Part shown: one piece after another, positions 16,154 through 25,924 of the stretch
How the letters are laid out: each line of letters begins with the position of its first letter
Numbering within the stretch: the first letter of the stretch is position 1
Origin: an uncultured virus (IMG/VR IMGVR_UViG_3300032288_005212)
Taxonomy: Duplodnaviria; Heunggongvirae; Uroviricota; Caudoviricetes
Length of the DNA: 64,000 nt
IMG/VR virus record: IMGVR_UViG_3300032288_005212
Coordinates: 32,001-96,000 of that record
Reading direction: 5' to 3' (one strand)
Notes under the pieces: generated by a model
What the model was told of the DNA's origin: nothing
Seen by the model: the letters and a program-made list of their open reading frames with translations, nothing else
Database searches by the model: none
Translations under genes and position numbers: made by a program

Positions 16154-16429
16154 TCAACATTCATTCAGTCGTGCTTCTGCATAAAGAGCGGCGTATGCAA
16201 TGAGATCTTCGCAACTATCAACGTGCCCTTTTTCTCTCTGCCTATCTCGTACCATTTTGAGTAGCGCAAGAATCAACATACCTTCAGCTTCGGTTAAATC
16301 TCTACCCGTAATTGCGTTAAAGGCCGCAATAGTGCGGCCCATGCTACGCTCTCCACTAGGAGAATCATACTGAAGCCCTCTTTCGGAAAGAAGGCACAGT
16401 GCGTTTTCTAGCAATGTTTCAACTTTCAT
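16154..16429 (-). CDS. DUF6378-like all-alpha protein (possible nucleotide pyrophosphatase fold)
   Basis: ERG.QYD..ERSM..FNAITG..LLK.VR..H.DS..D..YAAL. Confidence 0.65.
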   Translation of the reverse strand: MKVETLLENALCLLSERGLQYDSPSGERSMGRTIAAFNAITGRDLTEAEGMLILALLKMVRDRQREKGHVDSCEDLIAYAALYAEARLNEC

Positions 16430-16607
16430 GGCCAATCTCAAACATTTCATCAATGTTAAGCATTACGGATGCTACGATTGCATCAGTAATAGCTTCCATG
16501 CTTGGCTGATCGTTATGCTTATAAGCACGGCGATAGCCTGCCGTTACTCCGGCAGCGATAGCGTCTTCAATAAGATCACGAAGTGCGGTCGGTCGAATTT
16601 GCATCAT
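16419..16607 (-). CDS. hypothetical protein
   Basis: GYRRAYKH motif; coupled ORF. Confidence 0.6.
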   Translation of the reverse strand: MMQIRPTALRDLIEDAIAAGVTAGYRRAYKHNDQPSMEAITDAIVASVMLNIDEMFEIGHES

Positions 16608-16854
16608 TTTTAATAAACCTCAGTTTTTGTTCGGGCTTCCAGTTTTTGAGATAGTCTGACATTTCATCAAACTGTCGAATATATTCGGCAGTAGTAACTT
16701 CTCGAGTAGAAGTAATAAGTTCATCAAGATGAGTTTGTCCAAACTCTTCTACTTCTTCGCAGGTTACATAGTCTTTTGCATACTCTGCTTTTTCACATTC
16801 AATCGCATAAGCGTGACGAAAAATCTGTACAGTTTCAACAATATAAAGTGGCAT
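16576..16854 (-). CDS. hypothetical protein
   Basis: AGGAGG RBS; Y.VETV..FR..Y.IE motif. Confidence 0.7.
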   Translation of the reverse strand: MPLYIVETVQIFRHAYAIECEKAEYAKDYVTCEEVEEFGQTHLDELITSTREVTTAEYIRQFDEMSDYLKNWKPEQKLRFIKNDANSTDRTS

Positions 16855-16876
16855 AATGGCCTCCTTGTGTAAAAAT

Positions 16877-16951
<75 letters not shown>

Positions 16952-16992
16952 AGTTGCTGCTCAATTTACCCTCGGAGTAGCAAACGAGAATA

Positions 16993-17076
16993 TGGTACCG
17001 ATGAGAAGACTCGAACTTCCACAACTTACGTCACTAGAACCTAAATCTAGCGTGTCTACCATTCCACCACATCGGC
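16993..17076 (-). tRNA. tRNA-Leu(TAG)
   Basis: long variable arm, TT-TAG-GT loop, CCA. Confidence 0.95.
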
Positions 17077-17081
17077 AAGTA

Positions 17082-17180
17082 CGGTTTTTATCTGCATCAC
17101 ACTCTCGGGTTACCCGTGCCGCAACTTAATCGGATGAAGGTAACTTGCCTCATGGCAGACCGGACAGCAACCGAAAACCG
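17082..17180 (-). ncRNA. candidate ~100-nt structured RNA upstream of tRNA-Leu
   Basis: ends CGGTTTT/AAAACCG pair; internal stems TGCC-ATGA-GGCA and GTTACC/GGTAAC. Confidence 0.45.
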
Positions 17181-17185
17181 GTAAT

Positions 17186-17845
17186 TTAACTTAACGAAGA
17201 ATTAGTCAAATACTTATTTTGAATAGGAAATTTAAGTGGCTCAGCACTGAGTCTTTTAGCTATTACATAAATAGAACACTCAGAACTTGCTTGAAACCTT
17301 GCTGTTGGATGCACTTCAGAAGAATTTGATCCATTAGTTACTATCATAAGCTCTATTTTCCAGTTATTTTGAGTGTACAAATCATGGTAAAAAGTAGGCT
17401 GTATACAATAAAACCCATGATTTAACATCGTTAATGGGGGAGTATGAAAAATGACTCCACCAGGTTTAACAGCATTTGCTGCATTAATCGTAGCCTGCCA
17501 AATATTGGCACAATGTTCAGTAGTACCACAGTCTAAAACTATATCGTACTTTCCAAAATCTTGGGGTTGATTTAGGTCAAAAATTTCTTCTCTACCACGA
17601 CTAGCTACAATATCAACATATCGTATTGTATTAATACCCAACTTCCTGAATACTTCGTCTGTCTCTGGCAATCTGTGGTGTCTTCCATGCCATCTACCAA
17701 AATCAGTTTCTGCAGTAGTTTGAAAGCCTGTAATAGTTTTAAGCTCATCCTGTGACATAACCATGTCTGGATATGACAAAGATAGCAATGAATCGCAGGG
17801 CATAAATTTTTTGATATTGCTAAGCCCTAATGCATTAATTCCCAT
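17186..17845 (-). CDS. class I SAM-dependent methyltransferase-like protein
   Basis: YDIVLDCGTTEH..N...VKPGG..NHGFY motifs. Confidence 0.7.
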   Translation of the reverse strand: MGINALGLSNIKKFMPCDSLLSLSYPDMVMSQDELKTITGFQTTAETDFGRWHGRHHRLPETDEVFRKLGINTIRYVDIVASRGREEIFDLNQPQDFGKYDIVLDCGTTEHCANIWQATINAANAVKPGGVIFHTPPLTMLNHGFYCIQPTFYHDLYTQNNWKIELMIVTNGSNSSEVHPTARFQASSECSIYVIAKRLSAEPLKFPIQNKYLTNSSLS

Positions 17846-17861
17846 AATTATTACCTGTTTA

Positions 17862-17935
17862 TGGAGCCCACACTCGGAATCGAACCAAGGATAGATGATT
17901 ACAAATCAACTGTTATACCATTTAACTATGCGGGC
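17862..17935 (-). tRNA. tRNA-Thr(TGT)
   Basis: cloverleaf, TT-TGT-AA loop, CCA; promoter TTGACT-17-GATAAT at 17945-17973. Confidence 0.95.
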
Positions 17936-18109
17936 AGAAAATATATTATCAATCCTGGCGAGTAAAAAGTCAAGAATTTTGTGGCCCTGTAGCAACAAAT
18001 TTTCTACCGCCTTTATGTTCTCGCATAATTGATCGTTGATTTGCTTCGATTTTTTCGAGCAGGTTTGAAATTTTGCGAAGCGTAAAAAGAACTTCTTTCG
18101 CCCAAGTAA

Positions 18110-18496
18110 TCATAAATCACCTTTTGCACGATTTTCGCTACGAGCGACTTCAAATCCGTCAGGATAGCGAGCTTGTAGCTTTTCTACATTCATTTTTACG
18201 ATCTCTTCAAGATTAACTGAAAGAGCGTTGGCAGCATTGGCGAGATACCAACATATATCTCCCAACTCACGTAGCATATGATAATGAACGTCAGCATTAT
18301 ATTCTTTTCCTTGAAAAATAATTTTCTTTACAATTTCAGAGAATTCACCGCTCTCGCTAGCCAGTCCAACACTTGCCGTCAGCAAGAGTGGGACATTCAC
18401 GTTCAGCGTAACAATGCGATCAATAAACTCACTCAGTCCTTTTGATTCCGCACTCGTTGTATACTTTACAAACTTCTGATATTCATTTAAATCCAC
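18110..18496 (-). CDS. mazG: MazG-like NTP pyrophosphohydrolase
   Basis: GLASESGEFSEIVKK...RELGDICWY..N..KL.ARYP. Confidence 0.9.
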   Translation of the reverse strand: MDLNEYQKFVKYTTSAESKGLSEFIDRIVTLNVNVPLLLTASVGLASESGEFSEIVKKIIFQGKEYNADVHYHMLRELGDICWYLANAANALSVNLEEIVKMNVEKLQARYPDGFEVARSENRAKGDL

Positions 18497-19107
18497 AGTT
18501 CAATTCCTTTTTCTTCCAAAGCGCGTTTACAGTCTTGAGCAACTTTCATATGCTCACGTTGAGTACCGTTTCCAGTACGAGTTTCAATATAATGCATCCA
18601 GGAACGTAGTGTTCCATTCATATAAATGCGCGAGAGTGTCATTCCTTCTGGAAGAACTGCTCGAGCCTGCTCTTTTGCAATTCCGTTGCTTAGCGCCCAT
18701 TCATACATTTCACGAGCAACATCACTTACTTCTTTTTGGCGCTCTTCCCACTCAGTCACAAGGCTAGACATTCCATCAATTGGAAGACTATTTTGACGAT
18801 TCTTCGTATCTTGAAGACGCGCTTCACGAGTAACAAACTCTTCTTTTACTTCCGCGTAACGCTGGCTAAACTCTTGAAAAGTAAAAGAGCGATGACGAAG
18901 AATTTGTCGAGCAATATCTCTCGTAGTTGTAATTTCAAGACAAGCATTTACCATCTCAAATGGAGAAAAATGTTTGTTTCGAATCAAATATTTAATCAGT
19001 TGCGGAGCAGTAGTCATATTATACTGATTTGCAGGGTTTGATACCCTCGCACAGTATGCAACTGTTTCCATTGCTCCAGGTGTAATCCATACTACTTTTA
19101 CTGTCAT
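18487..19107 (-). CDS. thyX: flavin-dependent thymidylate synthase
   Basis: H.SPFE and RHRSFTFQEFSQRY ThyX motif. Confidence 0.95.
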   Translation of the reverse strand: MTVKVVWITPGAMETVAYCARVSNPANQYNMTTAPQLIKYLIRNKHFSPFEMVNACLEITTTRDIARQILRHRSFTFQEFSQRYAEVKEEFVTREARLQDTKNRQNSLPIDGMSSLVTEWEERQKEVSDVAREMYEWALSNGIAKEQARAVLPEGMTLSRIYMNGTLRSWMHYIETRTGNGTQREHMKVAQDCKRALEEKGIELWI

Positions 19108-19137
19108 ATTTTTCTCTCCTTAGTGGAATTTCACATA

Positions 19138-19231
19138 TTATATCACTTATCTATGTAAAAAGTCAAGGTTTATTTTTCGAAGTACCAATTAAAAAATAGT
19201 GCTTGACATAGTGTTCTAAACTTGTTACAAT
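19138..19231. promoter_or_regulatory. divergent sigma70 promoters at the strand switch
   Basis: minus TTGACT-17-TATAAT 19138-19166; plus TTGACA-17-TACAAT 19203-19231. Confidence 0.8.
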
Positions 19232-19251
19232 ATTAAAATAAGGAGTACTAA

Positions 19252-19944
19252 ATGGCAAAACATTATCAGCCTCAGCATTTTCAGCCAAAGTCATTCTCCC
19301 CAATAACAAGAAACCAGAGAAAAGTATTTGAGTACTTTCCACATAATCATCTTGTATTGCACGGAATGGCTGGAACTGGAAAATCATTTCTTTCACTCTA
19401 TCTATCTCTTCAAGCAGTTCTTGCTAAAAAATCACCGTATTTTAAAGTTATTGTGGTACGCAGTGCAGTGCCAACTCGAGATATTGGATTTTTACCTGGT
19501 TCGCTAAAAGAAAAAATAGAGGCGTATGAAGAACCCTATAAAATAATTGTTGATGAAATTTTTGGTCGTGGAGATGCCTATGGTATTCTCAAAAATAAAG
19601 GACAGATTGAATTTGTTACTACCTCCTATCTTCGAGGCGTGACTCTCGACGATTGCATTGTAATAGTAGATGAATTTCAAAACTGTACTTTCCAAGAATT
19701 AGATACTATTATAACGCGTATAGGCGAAAATGGCAAGATAATTTTCTGCGGAGACTATCGTCAAAGTGATCTTGACAAGAGTCGAGAGCGTAGAGGAATG
19801 ATGAAATTTCTTGACATTCTCGAAAAAATGTACGAATTTGAGTTTGTAGAATTTGAAGCAGAAGATATTGTTCGAAGCGGCCTCGTAAAGTCCTACATTA
19901 TAGCTAAGTCGGAACTTGAAGACCACTTAAAAAATAGTGCTTGA
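19252..19944 (+). CDS. phoH: PhoH-like ATPase
   Basis: G.AGTGKS, GFLPG, LRG.TL, DEFQN, GD..QSDL, DIVRS. Confidence 0.95.
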   Translation: MAKHYQPQHFQPKSFSPITRNQRKVFEYFPHNHLVLHGMAGTGKSFLSLYLSLQAVLAKKSPYFKVIVVRSAVPTRDIGFLPGSLKEKIEAYEEPYKIIVDEIFGRGDAYGILKNKGQIEFVTTSYLRGVTLDDCIVIVDEFQNCTFQELDTIITRIGENGKIIFCGDYRQSDLDKSRERRGMMKFLDILEKMYEFEFVEFEAEDIVRSGLVKSYIIAKSELEDHLKNSA

Positions 19945-20041
19945 TTTTTTAGTTCACTCCTGTTATAATATATGACAGTGTGAGGGTCTGCCCACACTGT
20001 TATAATAACGCTACCGAAAGGGGCAGCATAAGGAGAAACTT

Positions 20042-20413
20042 ATGAAACTTGATACTTTTTTTGTCGGCTTCGACAATTTTGCACGAAATATTCCCGTTAC
20101 CGACTATCCACGTTACAATACATTAAAAACTGATGACGATGGATATCTGCTTCAAGTAGCTCTTCCAGGCTGGGAGCCTGAGCACGTTGAAGTATCCCTT
20201 CATAAAGGTGTACTTACAATTAAGGGTGAGAAGCAGCCAGAGAATGAGAATCTTCAGTGGATTCATAAAGGCATCTCTACTAAGAGCTTTGAGCGCAACT
20301 TTAAATTGGACACTGATCTCGAAGTGAAATCTGCAAAATTTCATAATGGTATGCTAGAGGTATATTTACAATATTCCTTTAACAGTAAGCCTATCAAGAT
20401 CGAGGTACACTAA
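20042..20413 (+). CDS. small heat-shock protein Hsp20
   Basis: YPRYN..VALPG..LTIKG..HKGIS.KSFER.F.L..NGML alpha-crystallin domain. Confidence 0.9.
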   Translation: MKLDTFFVGFDNFARNIPVTDYPRYNTLKTDDDGYLLQVALPGWEPEHVEVSLHKGVLTIKGEKQPENENLQWIHKGISTKSFERNFKLDTDLEVKSAKFHNGMLEVYLQYSFNSKPIKIEVH

Positions 20414-20419
20414 AAAGCT

Positions 20420-20445
20420 AGGCCGCCTACGGGGCGGCCTTGTTC
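20420..20445 (+). terminator. hairpin terminator after hsp20
   Basis: AGGCCGCC-TACGG-GGCGGCCT followed by T-rich tail. Confidence 0.55.
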
Positions 20446-20468
20446 TTATTGTACATTGGAATAAACCA

Positions 20469-20831
20469 ATGCTACTACCTATAATTGGAGGAGTTGTTGA
20501 GCTAGGGAAAACCTGGCTAGAAGGTAAGAATACAAAAATAAAAGCAAAGGCTGAAGCCGAGGCTACAGTTCTTGTTAAATCAGCTGAAAGTGAGGCAAAC
20601 TGGGAAACTATAATGGCCCAAAATAGTGCTTCTTCTTGGAAAGATGAGTGGATTACAATTCTTTTTAGCATTCCTATGATACTATGTTTCTTTCCCAGCA
20701 CTGTTCAATATGTTAGAGATGGTTTTGCCGCTCTTGAAGGTATGCCGGACTGGTATCAGTATACTCTTTCAATAATTGTTGCGGCTTCATTTGGCGTTCG
20801 TTCTGCAATAGGATTTATGAAGAAAAAATGA
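20469..20831 (+). CDS. putative holin (3TM/GTA-holin-like)
   Basis: SWKDEW, hydrophobic helices, P.WYQ..ASFGVR; precedes lysozyme. Confidence 0.65.
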   Translation: MLLPIIGGVVELGKTWLEGKNTKIKAKAEAEATVLVKSAESEANWETIMAQNSASSWKDEWITILFSIPMILCFFPSTVQYVRDGFAALEGMPDWYQYTLSIIVAASFGVRSAIGFMKKK

Positions 20832-20933
20832 AAGAAGTAAGCCTGATAGTAGATTCTACATCAAGAAAGTGGCGTAAAAAGTTAAAAAAGATTAGAAAAA
20901 CCAAACAACGGCGCTACGATAGGGAGCTAGTGA

Positions 20934-21377
20934 ATGGATTATCAAAAATTAAAAGATGAGTTATCAGTAGATGAAGGATATAGAAATGAAATATATCTAG
21001 ATCATCTTGGGTACCCAACAATAGGTATTGGACATTTAATTTTAAAAAGCGATCCAGAATACGGAAAGCCCGTAGGTACTTTAGTAAGTGGAGAAAGAAT
21101 AACTGAACTATTTATAGCTGATGTTGAAAATTCAATAAAAGACGCTAAAAAATTATTTTCAAACTTTGATACTTGTTCTGACGACATCCAAAGAGTTTTA
21201 GTAAATATGATGTTTAATCTTGGGTATACAAGGTTTTCAAAATTTAAAAAATTTAAAGCCGCAATAGAAGCTAGGAATTGGAAGCAGGCAGCAATAGAAG
21301 GTGCCGATTCTTTATGGTATAAACAAGTGCCTAATAGAGCACGCAGATTAATGGAAAGATTAAAAAATGGAGTATAA
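20934..21377 (+). CDS. endolysin, T4-type lysozyme (GH24)
   Basis: DEG..IYLD.LGYPTIGIGHL; MMFNLG; DSLWYKQVPNRA. Confidence 0.92.
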   Translation: MDYQKLKDELSVDEGYRNEIYLDHLGYPTIGIGHLILKSDPEYGKPVGTLVSGERITELFIADVENSIKDAKKLFSNFDTCSDDIQRVLVNMMFNLGYTRFSKFKKFKAAIEARNWKQAAIEGADSLWYKQVPNRARRLMERLKNGV

Positions 21378-21981
21378 AATACCCCACAAACACAGAAACA
21401 AAAAATTTGTTCTTTGTGCAACTGGACCTTCTCTTACCCCTGAAGTAGTAGAAACTATCAGAAAGTATAAAACTGAGGATCACGTTATTTTTGGAATAAA
21501 TGACAGTTATCGAATAATTGATTTCCTAGATGAACACTATGCTTGTGATGAAAAATGGTGGAGCACTTGGGGTAAAGACTTTAGAGAAAAATATCCATAT
21601 CTTTCTGCGTGGGCTTATGGAGATAACGCAGCAGAATATGGTGTAAAAGTTGTAAAAGGATTTCATAATCCAGGACTTAGTTTACGTCAAGATAAACTTC
21701 ATTATGGCTCAAATTCAGGATATCAAGCATTAAATATTGCATTTTTAATGGGGGGTAGAAAGTTCATCCTTGTTGGCTACAATATGAGAAGAGTTGAGCA
21801 TAAAAGCCACTTTTTCGGAGACCACGTAGGAATGAATAATACCAGCCCATACGACATATTTATAAAAAATTATAGCACAATACAAGGATCTATAAAAGAA
21901 CTCATAGTAAACTGTACAGAAAACTCTGCTTTAAATTGTTTTAGAATGGGAAATTTGGAAGAGGAACTTCAGCGTGATTAA
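21367..21981 (+). CDS. Maf/DUF115/sialyltransferase-like putative glycosyltransferase
   Basis: CATGPSL, GIND, NSGYQALNIA..MG...LVGY, HFFG. Confidence 0.6.
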   Translation: MEYKIPHKHRNKKFVLCATGPSLTPEVVETIRKYKTEDHVIFGINDSYRIIDFLDEHYACDEKWWSTWGKDFREKYPYLSAWAYGDNAAEYGVKVVKGFHNPGLSLRQDKLHYGSNSGYQALNIAFLMGGRKFILVGYNMRRVEHKSHFFGDHVGMNNTSPYDIFIKNYSTIQGSIKELIVNCTENSALNCFRMGNLEEELQRD

Positions 21982-22603
21982 AATTTTTGTAGGCACTTCT
22001 CAGAATGGGGAGGATGCTTTAGCAGAAAAAACTTTAGAATACTCTTTAAGAAAACATAGTTCTGAAGAGCTGGAAGTTATATTTATGCGAAATAATGACT
22101 CGTATATGGGCTATTTCAATAACTCCACCTGGGCCACTCCATTCACCAACCTTCGCTGGACAATCCCGGAGTATTGTGGATTTACTGGACGAGCCATTTA
22201 TATGGATGTGGATCAACTCAACCTTCGAGATATTTCAGAACTTTATCATATTGATCTTCAAGGAAAACCATTTGCCTCTAGAGAAGATAGATTATGTGTT
22301 ATGGTCATTGACTGTGAAGCAATGCAGCCGTTGCTGCAGCCAGTACCAGTCATTAAAAATACTCCAAACTACGGTAATAGTATTTACTGGGATATTGTGA
22401 AAAAAAGCCATCATTTTGATCCTCGCTGGAACTGTCTCGATGGGGAGGATCGTCCTATTTCAGATATATGGCATCTTCATTTTACCTCTATGCCAACACA
22501 GCCCTGGAAACCTGCTTGGTTTCGCGGAATGCCAAGACCACATTGGAGACAGGATTTAGTTGACCTATGGGAAAAATATAAAATAGAAGCCCATGCACGA
22601 TGA
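21974..22603 (+). CDS. GT8-like glycosyltransferase
   Basis: TPFT.LR, YMDVD DxD, WN.LD, HFT. Confidence 0.75.
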   Translation: MIKIFVGTSQNGEDALAEKTLEYSLRKHSSEELEVIFMRNNDSYMGYFNNSTWATPFTNLRWTIPEYCGFTGRAIYMDVDQLNLRDISELYHIDLQGKPFASREDRLCVMVIDCEAMQPLLQPVPVIKNTPNYGNSIYWDIVKKSHHFDPRWNCLDGEDRPISDIWHLHFTSMPTQPWKPAWFRGMPRPHWRQDLVDLWEKYKIEAHAR

Positions 22604-23277
22604 AAATTAGTATTCTTCTTACAACCCACAATAGAGAGCAAGAAGCAATTTATTGTATATCTAATCTGCTTGAACAAATAACCAATCATATAGAAGTTAT
22701 ATTGTTAGACGATTATCATATTTATAATCCAAACTTAAATACTTTTTGCAATGAAAATTCTATACAGTATGTCCATACGGGTATACAAAAGAATGGACAA
22801 TACTTATGGAGAATGCCTGGGTATGCTTTAAATATTGGGGCAAAACTTGCTGGTGCTGATTATTTAATCATAGGTAATTGTGAAATATTACATACAGATA
22901 AAGATTGTATAAATAAAATGTATGAGTTTAAAGATTCTGTATCCAGCCCTATTGTTCTTCGACAAAAAGAAAAAGGTAACTTTGAGTCTTTTAATTTAAT
23001 GCCTAATCGTTTTCCATTTTTTTGGGGGCTACCAAAACATATGTACATAGATATAGGCGGATTTGACGAAGATTTTACAGGAACAGCTTTTGATGATGCG
23101 GATTTTTCTGATCGAATTTTAAGTATGTTAAAGTTTACTGAAATAGATTCAAAAGTTATACATTTGTGGAATCCTGATGTTGGTGGGGGCGATCGATGGG
23201 TGCATAATAAAAATCTTTATGAGACCCGCAAAGGGATTATAAAAAGAAATGTTGATAGAGAGTGGGGAGTTTTATGA
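22600..23277 (+). CDS. GT2 glycosyltransferase (GT7-like C-terminus)
   Basis: ISILLTTHNR, LLDD, IGGFDEDF...DDADF, HLW. Confidence 0.8.
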   Translation: MKISILLTTHNREQEAIYCISNLLEQITNHIEVILLDDYHIYNPNLNTFCNENSIQYVHTGIQKNGQYLWRMPGYALNIGAKLAGADYLIIGNCEILHTDKDCINKMYEFKDSVSSPIVLRQKEKGNFESFNLMPNRFPFFWGLPKHMYIDIGGFDEDFTGTAFDDADFSDRILSMLKFTEIDSKVIHLWNPDVGGGDRWVHNKNLYETRKGIIKRNVDREWGVL

Positions 23278-24053
23278 AATTTATATGTTTCGCACAGTTA
23301 AGAAATGAGCTAGAGAATGGAAATTTAGAGTTGTGGCTTCAACAACAGACTTCTCTATGCGATAAGATTTATGTGTACGATCAAAACTCAACCGATGGAA
23401 GCAAAGATTTATATAAAAAATATAAAAATCTTGAAGTAATCTACTCAGATAAAAATGATTTTGGAAATGAGATAGTTTGTAAACACCAGTTACTTCAACT
23501 ACTGCAGAAAAATGAAGGCTATGATAATATCATTTTTTGGATAGACGGCGATACTTTTATTGATACAACTTTTGATAGACAAAATATAGAAAATATTTTT
23601 GCACAAACCGAATTAACACACTTACGCTTACGACACTATAATCTATGGAGAAGCGATACATTTTATAGAACAGATGGAAAATATCATAACTTATATAGAA
23701 ATGGAGTAGTTGCTTTATGGAAAAACTCTCCTGATTTAAGTTTTAATCCTCGTTCTGGACTTCATACACAAGTAGCCCCAGATAGGTTAAATAGTCAAAA
23801 TAACCATGGATTAATTGAAACCTCACTGATTCATCGTGGGTTTGCAACTGATTTTCAAATAATTAAAAGATATAAAACATATAAAAGTTTTGGTCAAACC
23901 GGATATAGATTAGAAATGCTATTAGATGAACAAAATTTATCTGTTACACAACTTGATATAAATTTGGTCCCAACATTTATACCAAAAAATTTAGACAGCC
24001 CCATAGGTAAAGAGTTAATTTTAGAAAAATATAGGAGAGGGTGCTTAGAATGA
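23274..24053 (+). CDS. GT2-like glycosyltransferase
   Basis: RNE, YDQNSTDGS, WIDGD. Confidence 0.75.
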   Translation: MKFICFAQLRNELENGNLELWLQQQTSLCDKIYVYDQNSTDGSKDLYKKYKNLEVIYSDKNDFGNEIVCKHQLLQLLQKNEGYDNIIFWIDGDTFIDTTFDRQNIENIFAQTELTHLRLRHYNLWRSDTFYRTDGKYHNLYRNGVVALWKNSPDLSFNPRSGLHTQVAPDRLNSQNNHGLIETSLIHRGFATDFQIIKRYKTYKSFGQTGYRLEMLLDEQNLSVTQLDINLVPTFIPKNLDSPIGKELILEKYRRGCLE

Positions 24054-24628
24054 GCGATTTTTGGGAAAATAAACACAGACTAGAAGACTCGTATTGGCTA
24101 ACTGGATCCGGTGTTGATACTTATTCTTTTTATCATAATATTAATTGGGAATTTTTTAAGGGTAAAAAAATACTAGAGATAGGTATCGGTACTGGAAAAT
24201 TTTTAAATCAGTGTAATAATAATTTTTTATTGTATGCTTCTGATATATCTACTATAGCTTTAAATAAAATAAACCATTTAGTAATTAATTCTTATTTATC
24301 TAAAAATATAAAGCAGTGCCCAGAAGTAGATTTAGCAATTTGTCATTTAGTTTTTCAACATAACAATATATCAGAAGTAGAAAGAATAATAAATGATGTT
24401 AACTTAACTACAACTGGTATATTTAGCTTTCAATATGCTGAGTGTACAGATTTTAAATTAGCAAAAGAGAAAGATCCCAATATGGTACTAAATGAAACTC
24501 ATTTTTTTCACTCTTACGAAGATATTGAAAATGCCATAAACAATAGCAATAAAAAATTATTACAACATCATGGTAGAGTTAAAGTTAGTACGGGTATACA
24601 TTGGAATATTTGTAGAGTGTGCATATGA
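24050..24628 (+). CDS. class I SAM methyltransferase
   Basis: ILEIGIGTG, ASDIS, LVFQH. Confidence 0.8.
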   Translation: MSDFWENKHRLEDSYWLTGSGVDTYSFYHNINWEFFKGKKILEIGIGTGKFLNQCNNNFLLYASDISTIALNKINHLVINSYLSKNIKQCPEVDLAICHLVFQHNNISEVERIINDVNLTTTGIFSFQYAECTDFKLAKEKDPNMVLNETHFFHSYEDIENAINNSNKKLLQHHGRVKVSTGIHWNICRVCI

Positions 24629-25347
24629 AAAATATAGAAGTCATATCCCTAATCTTTAAGTCTGTAGACTATTTAGATTTTATTGTTAATCAATTAAAAA
24701 CAAACTGTAAAGCCGAAGGATGGGACGTAGGAGTACGCATTGTAGCTAATGATGCCAATGAAAAAGTTTTACATAGATTAAAAGATAGCGATATACCTTA
24801 TTCTATTTATAATGATCCATATCCAGATCAATATTACTTAAATAGAGTTTATAGATGCTGGAATTTTGCCGGTAAAAGTTCCGAGTATGATAACATATGT
24901 TTTGTAAATTCCGATATGGCGTTTAGCACTAATTGGCTAACTAACTTGCTAAAATTTCATGATGGAAAAAATATACCTACTAGCAGATTGGTTGAAAGCG
25001 GAAAAATGTTAAGTGGTATGCACGGCATTAGCTATGACTGTGGCAAACACCCTAAAATCTTTGATGCATCAAAGTGGGAATCTTATGCTGAAGAAATCAA
25101 AGAAAATACTTGCCACAACGGTGGACTTTATATGCCATGTATATTTGAAAAATCAAGGTTTATAGAGAGCGGAATGTACCCTGAGGGAAACATATACGTT
25201 GATGGGGTTGGAACCTGTAACGGTAGAAAAATTTGTAGTGGCGATAGATGGTTTTTTAATAATTTAGAACAAAACTTTGGGATGAAACATATTACTGTGT
25301 TTAATTCTTTAGTGTATCATATACAGGAAGGTGAAATGGATGATTAA
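24625..25347 (+). CDS. GT-A fold glycosyltransferase-like protein
   Basis: WN.AG, FVNSDM, SGD..F, YH.QEGE. Confidence 0.6.
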   Translation: MKNIEVISLIFKSVDYLDFIVNQLKTNCKAEGWDVGVRIVANDANEKVLHRLKDSDIPYSIYNDPYPDQYYLNRVYRCWNFAGKSSEYDNICFVNSDMAFSTNWLTNLLKFHDGKNIPTSRLVESGKMLSGMHGISYDCGKHPKIFDASKWESYAEEIKENTCHNGGLYMPCIFEKSRFIESGMYPEGNIYVDGVGTCNGRKICSGDRWFFNNLEQNFGMKHITVFNSLVYHIQEGEMDD

Positions 25348-25924
25348 GTCAAACTGGGATGGAAGCAAAACTTTATCAATAGACGGAACCGGTAGTCTTG
25401 CATCTGTGGACTGTAAAGTCGCACAAAACCTACATAAATTTATAGTTGATAATATCATAACAGAAGGTGCTATAATAGACTTTGGAGCAGGCCAAGGTTA
25501 TTTTCAAAAATACTTTGAAGAAAATACTAATTTTGATGTGTGGTCTATCGAAGGTTATTCTGGATTGGATTTTAAAGCAAATAAAGATAAGTGGTTGCTC
25601 AGTAATCTCGGGACAAAGTTGACTCAGGAATATCACAAAAAATTTGACTTAGTAGTTTCTTTTGAATGTATAGAGCACATCCATAAAACAGAGCAAGAAG
25701 TATTTTGGGAAAATGTATTTTTATGCTCTAATAAAGCTTTAATAGGAATACATACAGAAAATGAGGAACATGACGCCCATTGCTTTATAAGAAACACTGA
25801 TTGGTGGGTGAATTTTTTTGAATCAAAAGGCTATAAGTACAAAATTCTTGGGCATTCTAAAGATTATTGGCCAGTTTGGCCAGAAGCACAGTGTTCTTTA
25901 TTTGCATACTTAGAGGTACAATAA
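25340..25924 (+). CDS. class I SAM methyltransferase
   Basis: IDFGAGQG, FDLVVSFECIEHI. Confidence 0.8.
   Translation: MIKSNWDGSKTLSIDGTGSLASVDCKVAQNLHKFIVDNIITEGAIIDFGAGQGYFQKYFEENTNFDVWSIEGYSGLDFKANKDKWLLSNLGTKLTQEYHKKFDLVVSFECIEHIHKTEQEVFWENVFLCSNKALIGIHTENEEHDAHCFIRNTDWWVNFFESKGYKYKILGHSKDYWPVWPEAQCSLFAYLEVQ

Noticed and set aside
16952-16992. Hairpin after tRNA-Leu as a theta/HDV-like ribozyme
   Set aside because: Only ~40 nt; I could not build the nested double pseudoknot.
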